Origin: Macrostomum hystrix
Taxonomy: Eukaryota; Animalia; Platyhelminthes
NCBI GenBank assembly: GCA_950097015.1
Contig: CATNEN010000007.1
Location: 12,152,001-12,216,000, forward strand
DNA length: 64,000 nt
Direction: 5' to 3'
In this document: positions 26,802-38,282 of the stretch, one piece after another
Numbering within the stretch: the first letter of the stretch is position 1
Layout of the letters: every line of letters starts with the position of its first letter
Position numbers and translations under genes: made by a program
Notes under the pieces: model-generated
Told to the model about the DNA's origin: nothing
Databases searched by the model: none
What the model saw: the letters and a program-made list of their open reading frames with translations, nothing else

Positions 26802-28531
26802 GAGCTCATGGGAGCTGAGTTCATGGGAGCTGAGTTCATGGGAGCTGAGTTCATGGGAGCTGAGTTCATGGGAGCTGAGTTCATGGGAGCTGAGTTCATG
26901 GGAGCTGAGTTCATGGGAGCTGAGTTCATGGGAGCTGAGTTCATGGGAGCTGAGTTCATGGGAGCTGAGTTCATGGGAGCTGAGTTCATGGGAGCTGAGT
27001 TCATGGGAGCTGAGTTCATGGGAGCTGAGTTCATGGGAGCTGAGTTCATTGGAGCTGAGTTCATGGGAGCTGAGTTCATGGGAGCTGAGTTCATGGGAGC
27101 TGAGTTCATGGGAGCTGAGTTCATGGGAGCTGAGTTCATGGGAGCTGAGTTCATTGGAGCTGAGTTCATGGGAGCTGAGTTCATGGGAGCTGAGTTCATG
27201 GGAGCTGAGTTCATGGGAGCTGAGTTCATGGGAGCTGAGTTCATGGGAGCTGAGTTCATGGGAGCTGAGTTCATGGGAGCTGAGTTCATGGGAGCTGAGT
27301 TCATGGGAGCTGAGTTCATGGGAGCTGAGTTCATGGGAGCTGAGTTCATGGGAGCTGAGTTCATGGGAGCTGAGTTCATTGGAGCTGAGTTCATGGGAGC
27401 TGAGTTCATGGGAGCTGAGTTCATGGGAGCTGAGTTCATGGGAGCTGAGTTCATGGGAGCTGAGTTCATGGGAGCTGAGTTCATTGGAGCTGAGTTCATG
27501 GGAGCTGAGTTCATGGGAGCTGAGTTCATGGGAGCTGAGTTCATGGGAGCTGAGTTCATGGGAGCTGAGTTCATTGGAGCTGAGTTCATGGGAGCTGAGT
27601 TCATGGGAGCTGAGTTCATGGGAGCTGAGTTCATGGGAGCTGAGTTCATGGGAGCTGAGTTCATGGGAGCTGAGTTCATGGGAGCTGAGTTCATTGGAGC
27701 TGAGTTCATGGGAGCTGAGTTCATGGGAGCTGAGTTCATGGGAGCTGAGTTCATTGGAGCTGAGTTCATGGGAGCTGAGTTCATGGGAGCTGAGTTCATG
27801 GGAGCTGAGTTCATGGGAGCTGAGTTCATGGGAGCTGAGTTCATGGGAGCTGAGTTCATGGGAGCTGAGTTCATGGGAGCTGAGTTCATTGGAGCTGAGT
27901 TCATGGGAGCTGAGTTCATGGGAGCTGAGTTCATGGGAGCTGAGTTCATGGGAGCTGAGTTCATGGGAGCTGAGTTCATGGGAGCTGAGTTCATGGGAGC
28001 TGAGTTCATGGGAGCTGAGTTCATTGGAGCTGAGTTCATGGGAGCTGAGTTCATGGGAGCTGAGTTCATGGGAGCTGAGTTCATGGGAGCTGAGTTCATG
28101 GGAGCTGAGTTCATGGGAGCTGAGTTCATGGGAGCTGAGTTCATGGGAGCTGAGTTCATGGGAGCTGAGTTCATTGGAGCTGAGTTCATGGGAGCTGAGT
28201 TCATGGGAGCTGAGTTCATGGGAGCTGAGTTCATTGGAGCTGAGTTCATGGGAGCTGAGTTCATGGGAGCTGAGTTCATGGGAGCTGAGTTCATGGGAGC
28301 TGAGTTCATGGGAGCTGAGTTCATGGGAGCTGAGTTAATTGGAGCTGAGTTCATGGGAGCTGAGTTCATGGGAGCTGAGTTCATGGGAGCTGAGTTCATT
28401 GGAGCTGAGTTCATGGGAGCTGAGTTCATGGGAGCTGAGTTCATGGGAGCTGAGTTCATGGGAGCTGAGTTCATGAGAGCTGAGTTCATGGGAGCTGAGT
28501 TCATGGGAGCTGAGTTCATGGGAGCTGAGTT
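26802..28531 (+). repeat. 15-bp minisatellite (GGGAGCTGAGTTCAT) x~115
   Basis: Near-perfect tandem units. Confidence 0.98.
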
Positions 28532-28669
28532 TTTCGAATCCACTGCATGCGCTCATGCCCAAACCGTTCATCTGGTGTTCCCATCGTCTAGGGGGTGTCC
28601 GCCTCCGTTCAGGTGTCCTCGTCCCTTCAGCGGGTGTCCACTTCTGTTATGCTGTGTAAGCTTAAATTC

Positions 28670-28850
28670 AGCTGGTGTCCACCTTCCCTCAGCAAGTGGC
28701 GGACTACATTTAGCGGGTGTCCACCTTCCCTCAGCAAGTGGCAGACTACATTTAGCTGGTGTCCACCTTCCCTCAGCAAGTGGCAGACTACATTTATCTG
28801 GTGTCCACCTTCCCTCAGCAAGTGGCAGACTACATTTAGCTGGTGTCCAC
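28670..28850 (+). repeat. 42-bp repeat x~4
   Basis: Unit AGCTGGTGTCCACCTTCCCTCAGCAAGTGGCAGACTACATTT. Confidence 0.95.
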
Positions 28851-29361
28851 AGCTCTCCTGATTCAGTCACATGACCTGAAAGTATATTTTTTTTAATTTT
28901 CAACACACGCAATCCTTTAATGTTTTAGTTAATAAAAGTTAGCAGCTTTGGCTGAATTTTTTATTCAATCAAGGTGCCCTTTGATTTTAGCGCACACAAT
29001 CATTTTCAGCTTGAGCAAGCATTTTTTGCCGATTTTCCTAAGCGGCTTCTAGAAACAATCGCTCTAAAAGAAACTTTTTAATTGCTAATTAAATGTCAAA
29101 CACTTTCGCAACTCAGTGAGCTGCCTCAGCTCAGCCGTGTAATCCGATACACGCCTGAGATTAGCGCTTACCTGGGCGGCGAGCTGCGTGTCCATTCGGC
29201 TAATCGGCGGCCTCCTGACTCGATCACCCGAGGACTGGGCACTCTGATCTTTTTCCCACTTCAGTAGAAGACTTTGCTAACATTTTCCTGCGATCTTCCA
29301 TTGGCAACAGGACAGCAGTAAACTTTGGCTGCATGGAACAATTGAAGGATTTGGGAGAATT

Positions 29362-30551
29362 AGGAGGAATGGCAAAGAAATGGGAGGAATGCAAAGAAAT
29401 GGGAGGAATGCAAAGAAATGGGAGGAATGCAAAGAAATGGGAGGAATGGCAAAGAAATGGGAGGAATGCAAAGAAATGGGAGGAATGCAAAGAAATGGGA
29501 GGAATGCAAAGAAATGGGAGGAATGGCAAAGAAATGGGAGGAATGCAAAGAAATGGGAGGAATGCAAAGAAATGGGAGGAATGCAAAGAAATGGGAGGAA
29601 TGCAAAGAAATGGGAGGAATGGCAAAGAAATGGGAGGAATGCAAAGAAATGGGAGGAATGGCAAAGAAATGGGAGGAATGCAAAGAAATGGGAGGAATGC
29701 AAAGAAATGGGAGGAATGCAAAGAAATGGGAGGAATGCAAAGAAATGGGAGGAATGGCAAAGAAATGGGAGGAATGCAAAGAAATGGGAGGAATGGCAAA
29801 GAAATGGGAGGAATGGCAAAGAAATGGGAGGAATGGCAAAGAAATGGGAGGAATGCAAAGAAATGGGAGGAATGCAAAGAAATGGGAGGAATGGCAAAGA
29901 AATGGGAGGAATGCAAAGAAATGGGAGGAATGCAAAGAAATGGGAGGAATGGCAAAGAAATGGGAGGAATGCAAAGAAATGGGAGGAATGCAAAGAAATG
30001 GGAGGAATGGCAAAGAAATGGGAGGAATGCAAAGAAATGGGAGGAATGGCAAAGAAATGGGAGGAATGCAAAGAAATGGGAGGAATGGCAAAGAAATGGG
30101 AGGAATGCAAAGAAATGGGAGGAATGCAAAGAAATGGGAGGAATGCAAAGAAATGGGAGGAATGCAAAGAAATGGGAGGAATGCAAAGAAATAGGAGGAA
30201 TGGCAAAGAAATGGGAGGAATGCAAAGAAATGGGAGGAATGCAAAGAAATGGGAGGAATGCAAAGAAATGGGAGGAATGCAAAGAAATGGGAGGAATGCA
30301 AAGAAATGGGAGGAATGCAAAGAAATGGGAGGAATGGCAAAGAAATGGGAGGAATGGCAAAGAAATGGGAGGAATGCAAAGAAATGGGAGGAATGCAAAG
30401 AAATGGGAGGAATGCAAAGAAATGGGAGGAATGGCAAAGAAATGGGAGGAATGCAAAGAAATGGGAGGAATGCAAAGAAATGGGAGGAATGGCAAAGAAA
30501 TGGGAGGAATGCAAAGAAATGGGAGGAATGGCAAAGAAATGGGAGGAATGA
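29362..30551 (+). repeat. 19/20-bp purine-rich minisatellite (GGGAGGAATG(G)CAAAGAAAT) x~60
   Basis: Tandem units read directly. Confidence 0.98.
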
Positions 30552-31246
30552 GAAATAATAAGAATCCAGTGGAAAAATGGGGAAGGAATGATGGAAGGAT
30601 GTGGAATAATGGCAGGGAGGAGTAAATGTACGGCTCGTAATTGTAAAGTGTTTATTTACTGGTTTTTCATTCAGCTTTCAGGCATTGACCTCAGTTACCC
30701 GTTGAATTCCAAAGAATTTGATTCATTTGTCATTTTTTGCGACTGAAAGCCGCAGTTGAAAGGCGGGCTTTGTCGGTGGGGGCAGCTATTTTTTGTGAGG
30801 GTGCAGCGGCCTGCACAATGGCCGCGAGTGCTCGGCCTGGCCGCAGGTTCTCAGTGTGGGTGGGGAGCGGCACCTTTCCATTCTATGCGGGCTGGAATCC
30901 CGTGGGACTCAGGCTCAGGTGATGGAGGGGTTGGGCTGGGAGAGGGTGCTCATCAGCCGCGAGTTCGTGAGGCCTGGCTGGAAACTCCGCCAAGGCAGAG
31001 GGGCTGGCAGTTGAGAATGAGCTGAGGTGCAATTTTGAATCCCGTAGCAATTTGCATCCCCCCATCGGCCCGTTGCCTCCCCTATTAGTATCCCCGTCTG
31101 CCCGCGCACACCTGTGCATGAGGCACAGAAGTCATTTCCCCTTTCCTCACTGGAAATATCCCCCACTTGGAGCAGCAGGTTTGACATCGCTTCCCCGAAG
31201 AAAACTCCGCGCGTTAAAAAAAGCACGATGCAGCGGAATTTCGAGT

Positions 31247-31602
31247 GTGACATGCCTCACTGTGTCTGTGACATTCCTCACTGTGTCTGTGACATGCCTC
31301 ACTGTGTCTGTGACATGCCTCAGTGTGTCTGTGACATTCCTCACTGTGTCTGTGACATTCCTCACTGTGTCTGTGACATTCCTCACTGTGTCTGTGACAT
31401 TCCTCACTGTGTCTGTGACATGCCTCACTGTGTCTGTGACATGCCTCAGTGTGTCTGTGACATTTCTCACTGTGTCTGTGACATGCCTCAGTGTGTCTGT
31501 GACATTTCTCACTGTGTCTGTGACATTCCTCACTGTGTCTGTGACATTCCTCACTGTGTCTGTGACATGCCTCACTGTGTCTGTGACATTCCTCACTGTG
31601 TC
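31247..31602 (+). repeat. 21-bp minisatellite (GTGACATTCCTCACTGTGTCT) x17
   Basis: Tandem units read directly. Confidence 0.97.
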
Positions 31603-31950
31603 ACTTTGTGTGTGCATGCCCCACTGCATGGGGAAATCCGAAAGCAGTTCAGAGCATGTCAAAAGAGATCAGGGAGGCTGGCAGCGGAGGTGGCAGCTTG
31701 AGTAGAACTTTGAGCAAGAAGCGCCTTAAGTGCCAGTCAGAAAGATCAGCGGACAGACTCTGTTGCATGAGGTCTGGGGAGTTCAGTGCGGCCTTCAGCA
31801 CACTTGCAGTCGCAGCTTTACATCGTTTGAGATGACAGAAATTAAAATAGCTCGCAGCGCCTAATCTAATTCCACCGAGTCGTTTTGTAGGTATTCGTGT
31901 GCCTGCGTGCTCAAGGATCAGCGGAAAGTTTAAAGTTCCCGCTGACAGTG

Positions 31951-32828
31951 ACAGTGAGACATGTCACTCACACAGACAGTGAGACGTGTCGCTCACACAG
32001 ACAGTGAGACATGTCACTCACACAGACAGTGAGACATGTCACTCACACAGACAGTGAGACGTGTCGCTCACACAGACAGTGAGACATGTCACTCACACAG
32101 ACAGTGAGACGTGTCACTCACACAGAGAGTGAGACATGTCACTCACACAGACAGTGAGACATGTCACTCACACAGAGAGTGAGACATGTCACTCACACAG
32201 ACAGTGAGACATGTCACTCACACAGAGAGTGAGACATGTCGCTCACACAGACAGTGAGACGTGTCACTCACACAGACAGTGAGACATGTCACTCACACAG
32301 ACAGTGAGACGTGTCACTCACACAGACAGTGAGACGTGTCGCTCACACAGACAGTGAGACATGTCACTCACACAGACAGTGAGACGTGTCACTCACACAG
32401 AGAGTGAGACATGTCACTCACACAGACAGTGAGACATGTCACTCACACAGACAGTGAGACGTGTCACTCACACAGAGAGTGAGACATGTCACTCACACAG
32501 ACAGTGAGACATGTCACTCACACAGAGAGTGAGACATGTCGCTCACACAGACAGTGAGACGTGTCACTCACACAGACAGTGAGACATGTCGCTCACACAG
32601 ACAGTGAGACATGTCACTCACACAGACAGTGAGACGTGTCACTCACACAGAGAGTGAGACATGTCACTCACACAGACAGTGAGACATGTCACTCACACAG
32701 ACAGTGAGACGTGTCACTCACACAGAGAGTGAGACATGTCACTCACACAGACAGTGAGACATGTCACTCACACAGAGAGTGAGACATGTCACTCACACAG
32801 ACAGTGAGACGTGTCACTCCCACAGAGT
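31951..32828 (+). repeat. 25-bp quasi-palindromic minisatellite (ACAGTGAGACATGTCACTCACACAG) x~35
   Basis: Tandem units read directly. Confidence 0.97.
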
Positions 32829-34899
32829 TCATTCTCACACAAGAAGACTCATATGGAAGCAATGCTCATGGTCACCATATTTCATAATCGATAAAACATA
32901 ATTTCAATTAGCAGGCAAACGAATGGCGAACAGAAGCCTGATGAAATGAAATGCTCAACCTTGGAGACAGTGCATCGCTCATCTAAATAAGAGAATTCGA
33001 GCGTGGGAGTGGGGACGGCTCGAAAGTACTTGCCAATTGATTGGGGATTTTAAATTTAGCTCGTTGCTGACTCAAACTTTTTGCAATCGAATATCGCCAC
33101 AAGCCCAGTCATTAGGAAATCACTGAGGGAATAACCTTGGCTAAAAGTATGGGATAAAACTTGAGCAGAATGTAGGACACTCGCACTCGCGCAGGTAAGG
33201 CGGAGAGCGAGACGGATTGGGTGGGAAGCTGAGCAGTGCTCAACACCATTGGGTACCTGAGCTCCACGCGAGGGCACAAAAGAGCGGCGCGGCTCGACTC
33301 AGCCGGGACCTTCCGCGACACCGCAGGACGACCGTGGAGATTTATAATAGGAAGGCAGCAGAGTTAGGACAGGGAGAGACGAGCAGCCCCCCTGCCGCTG
33401 GGAGTACTGCGGCCGAGTCGAAGTCGTCAAGTCATCAGCGGGGGCAGCGGAGTGGCATAAATCAATTTGCTGCCGAGCTCGCCTTGTTTCAGCCGGCTGT
33501 GGAGGCGATCCGTTCGCCAGCCAATACTTCCTGCTAGTCACTTAATCCACTTCTGGGAAAACAATTAACCCATCTGATCACTGCCGCGATAGCTGACCTT
33601 AATGGGATAAAAAGGATTTCAAGTCCCACGGCTCCCGTCCAGTCTCCGTAGGTATTTTCAACCTCTCAGGCGAACTCCCACTTCCCCTCCTCCACAAGAC
33701 AGTCAGCGCAATATAATCTTGAGGGAGAGAACAGCTCAAAGTCTGCTGCCGAGTTGCTCAAGATACGAACCAGAGCTGTCCCGCCGGCGCAAACATGAGG
33801 ATCTCCGCGTGGGCGGTGAGTATAGAATGCCTTGTTCTTTGCCATATCTTCGCATGCCACTAATCTAGGAGCATGGGGACGATAATGACAGACGGCTTCG
33901 TGGCCCTTAACGGATAATTGGCGTAGCAGGGGCAGCTCCTGCTACTCGCAAGGTGAAGCGGAGTGAATGTGAGGCAGCCTTTGAGCACTAGTATCATGCG
34001 ACTCATTATAGCTCGTAATTTGTAATCAGAACTTGTATGTTTGTATGTAACTCGAGGAAAGTTGAAAGCGCATACTCATGTAGACTTCATTTTCGATTCG
34101 GAAGGAAATCAATGATAAAAACAATTGTCAAGCCCGATCCCTTCAAATTCAAGGCAACCGTTCCCTTGAAAATAATCCTTGAAGATCCCGGATGGCACAA
34201 TGCTTCGCGCTGCCTCTCGCATCTGGGTCTGCCCGGTCCTCCTGCAACGCATTCCCTAGTGAGGAAGGAGGCTTATTTGGTGGCCTTGAGAGACGACCGA
34301 ACGACTCGCGGGTTTAAGGGCCGTATTCTGTTTAAGGGCCTACTCACTTCATACTCACGAGGCAGGGTTCAGAATGACAGCCCCTTGGCACTCCATCATG
34401 ATAACTATGCAGACGATAATTAATGAACAGTTCTTCCATTGATAAATCTTACTGCTGGCACTGCTGCGCAGGAGAGAACTGCGCGAACTTCATCCTGGAA
34501 AACGCCAATTTTCGCCAACGCCAAACGACTGAACGATGTTCACTCCTTAATCTGTATGTCTATGGCCAAAGCTACCACAAGTTTTATAGCGAATGCAGTC
34601 GCACAAGCTGCAGGGCTTCAAGTTAAACGGAGTATCGTTTACAAAGATGGCCACTTCGGCTTCGCTCACACGACACGAACTCAGAAACATCATCAAGTTT
34701 TCAGTTTTGGCTCTCAAATTAGCATCAGCATCAGCATCAAATTCATAAAGAGCTTGGAAAAGTTCTGAAAGAAGATGCTTTATCAATTCAAACGGTTCGA
34801 AAATGGATCCGTGAAGTTCGAGAAGGCAGGCTCTTTCGGGAAGGCGAATACCGAGCGTGTCAAAGCTGCCGTTACTGTGTACAGCAGATCGACTTGAAA

Positions 34900-35560
34900 T
34901 GAGGATCGAACTCCTCGACATTCCTCAATAGTGAATCGCATTCTCAATGAGCAGTTGGATATGCAGAAGATCTTCCCAAAGTGGGTACCTCATCTGCCGA
35001 GAGGGTGACCCTATGGCAAGAATGCATTCGACAGGTTAAGAGGGAAGCAACTTCCTCAGCGAAATTGTGACCGGAGATGAGACATGGGTCTACGAGTGGG
35101 ATCCTCAGCTCAAGCAAGGGGATCAGCAAGTGCTGAAAAGGTTGAGCGGAAGCAGGGCATCTGTGATGCACATCGTCTTTTTTGACATCCATGGGTCCTG
35201 GTGGACTGGCCAATGCCCATGGGCACAAATTGAATGCCAAATATTGCTAATGGATTGTGCAATAATAATAAAGGCCAGCCATCAGTAAACAGCGATCTGG
35301 TTTTCTGGAGAGAGGCGTGATTCTTCACCATGACTATGCACCTTTGCACCGCTCCAGAAGTTTGGAGGAGCTCCGGAGTCCTGAAGCTGGTAGCTCCTGG
35401 CACAGCTGCGCTATTCAACCGATTTGGCTCCAGGTCCTTTCATGTCCTTGCATCAACAACAATGCTTCATCAGCTCTGCGGCATCTGGCACCCGGCGGCT
35501 ACGATGCTGTCGTTGAAGCGTGGGTGTGGCGCTGGAAAAAGTGCGTGGACTTTGATAGAC
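34900..35560 (+). mobile_element. Degenerate mariner (Tc1/mariner) transposase remnant
   Basis: Mariner motifs are scattered across frames: KWVPHL (~34978), IVTGDETWVYEWDP (35064), VFFDIHG, ILHHDYAPLHRS and W.WRWKKCVD. Multiple stops and frameshifts; TIRs not identified. Confidence 0.85.
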
Positions 35561-36587
35561 TTTTTTCGTGTAACTATCGCCTGTGTTGGTGTTGCTTTGA
35601 AGTTTAAGTTTTAAGATTGTCCTTCAAGCTGTTCGTTCTTTATTGTTGACCGAAACTTACTTTTGGGATAAAATTGACTTGATTTGAATACTTCAGTGCC
35701 TATAATAGTGCCCTATCATCACAGTACAAAAGTTGGTTTTGATGGAACTATCTTATGTACTGATGCACAAAAGTCATCAAAAGCCGGAATCCGGAATACT
35801 GCATGTGTTTTAATCTTGCGATTGTAAATTTATATTGCTTTTATAAAACAAAAAGTATATGCAATGTATGCTTAAATTATTACTTTATCTGCTGTTTCTT
35901 ACCAATAGTTGTTTTATTGCGGTTCTAATTACTTATAGAGCTGTTTAGTTATTAATTAAACGTTTTTTATTTTTGACATGCAGAAAATTACAATTTTTAC
36001 GCGAAACAATTTAGCTGCGAGCGAATGTCGATGATAAGACAGTAATGTCATGACTGGTTTGTAAACTAGTCTTTTCCTTTCTGTGAGCTGTAAAAGAAGT
36101 GTGAGCTTATTCGTGGCAAATAAGTTTCATCATGTTCTCTAGCGTTTCTATTGTGGCTTACATAGCTACTGTTATGTAGCTTGTGTTCCAAGAGCTACAA
36201 AACCGATCTATACAGTTATATTTCACACTAGGCCTAATGACTTAAAAAAAGAGCTAGTATATTTTGTAGCCTGATTGTAAAAAATAATTGGTTAGCAAGG
36301 CCTAACAATTATAACTGAATGCAATGCAGCCTTTTACAAATGCCGCAGTTGCTATCAAGCTTATATGTTCAAGGTTTCTTCTAGTGCTCCTTATATGTAT
36401 CCAGGTAATGGTGTTTAACTCGAAAAATTGGCATGTATTATATTATATATTATATTATCATTGTTGGCTTATGTATTATATTTACTAGTCTCATCACATA
36501 ATCAAAGATTGAGTCAGTAGCCATACTTGATATTGATAAAACTTAACATTATTTACTTTCTTTTTTAACTAGACCTAACAGCTTTAG

Positions 36588-37015
36588 GGTACCTGGACAC
36601 TTCGTCATCTTACAACTTTGTGATCTACTCGTAGATGATGATCTGTCCAATATCTCAGAGGGTGGATGATGAAGAGACTTAGACTTGTGGACACTTCGTC
36701 ATCTATAAAACAAAAGTTTTCAGAGTTAGAACAGAACCAACCCTCCCCACCCCTCCTCACATCGTGTTGGCACCTATCTTTCAACTCTTATAATGAAATC
36801 AGTTTTGACACCTCTTTTTGACAATTTAGAGTGAAGTGTATTCACACCTCTGCCCCACCACCCCACCCTCACTTTATTGATGACAAACTTGATTGCTTGT
36901 TACTAGTAGATGACAAATTGACCCAGCATTAAAGCGTGCCAATTGGCTATATGACAAAGTGTCCTACCTTCCAAGTGGATGACAAAGTTGTAAGATGACG
37001 AAGTGTCTAGGGTCC
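36588..37015. mobile_element. 428-bp MITE with ~35-bp TIRs and a 9-bp TSD (Mutator-like)
   Basis: Left TIR is GGTACCTGGACACTTCGTCATCTTACAACTTTGT. The right TIR reverse-complements to GGACCCTAGACACTTCGTCATCTTACAACTTTGT. TSD CAGCTTTAG lies at 36579-36587 and 37016-37024. Confidence 0.85.
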
Positions 37016-38282
37016 CAGCTTTAGGTTTAGATTAGAAAAATATAATTCTAATATACTAAGATTCTTTTTTCTTGCTTATATGTTACTTATTCTATAAGTT
37101 ATTGCTAGGGCCTAGCTAACATTGAACTTATTTAACTAACTGTAAACTTACAATGTAAGTATATATTAAGCAAAGTATACATGTAACTTACTGTATAAGA
37201 AATGCTAGCAGCCAGCTTTGGTTTCTTATATATTTCTTTCTTTATTATAGCCATTGACAAAATGACTGAGATGGGTTTGCCTTAATTCAGAATTTCTAAA
37301 TAGTTTGACGAAGTGGCCGAACTTGCTGATGTAATTATACTTATACTCCTAAAGAGACATAATTTGAATCTACCTTGTCTCTAACCTAGTTTTCTGCATG
37401 TGGCATTAGTAAATTTTATGGATAAATGTATAATGTTACATAGCTAGTATGCAGTTTCGAACATTTTTATAATTGATTATAATTTTTTACTTTACTCAAA
37501 TTTTATTATTTACTTAGCTCAGGACTAATAGTTTATAGCTACCATTGTTTAGGCTTAGATTACTATTTTTGTATAGCTTAGATCTTAACCAGAGTTGCTA
37601 AATCACTTTAAAAGTTAAAAGTGTAAAATATTTGTAGAAACAGTAGCATGTTATTTTGGATATTAAAATATTTATTACCCAAAGCACTAATCTTCCCTAT
37701 CACTGCATATCTGCCTCTAAACTCAGATTTTTTAATAATCTTTGAATAAATATAAACTTCAAGAAACCAAAAAAATATTTTAGTTTAGTTTACTGATGTT
37801 TCATAGTTCCTGATCAAATGGCCTTAAATTTTTTCATATATTTCGAGTGTTATTTCTTTAAAATCATAAGTGCTATAGAAAATGTTTAGCTCTTGAGATC
37901 TTGGATCTACCATGTATTATTTAGGTTTATTTTGCTGGAAAATGTGAAATATTCTATGGCATGTACTTTGTTGTATGCTACAATATTTTTGGGTTTATTA
38001 ATAAAGTAACTTCATTAGTTTTAGCAAGTTACTTCTACCTCTTAAACAGAAAGTAGAGTATACTTTATTCTTATATCTTACAAGCAAGTTCGTTGTCTAA
38101 GCCCTAAAAGGCCTAAATAAAAAACGATACTCAATGATTAAGTAAGGTATGTTTTGCCAGTTTTCTGCTGCTCACATTTCTATTCCTGATCGCCCACCAT
38201 ATGGAATCGGTATAAAATCCAGTATCCATGCAACAAAGCCACCATAGCTCACCTATCCCCCTATGGCCCTGCAATTCTTTAG

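Noticed and set aside
26655-28874. 739-aa ORF of (MGAEF)n resembling a pentapeptide-repeat protein
   Set aside because: It is a near-identical 15-bp DNA unit with no synonymous divergence, several frames are open, and the flanks are not protein-like. This is a minisatellite.
32936-32956. Minimal hammerhead ribozyme (CTGATGA..GAAA)
   Set aside because: Only 3 nt separate the core motifs, and no stems I/III are evident.
34037-34921. Medium ORFs upstream of the mariner remnant
   Set aside because: No recognisable motifs or consistent splice structure. They may be decayed TE sequence, but this is unsupported.
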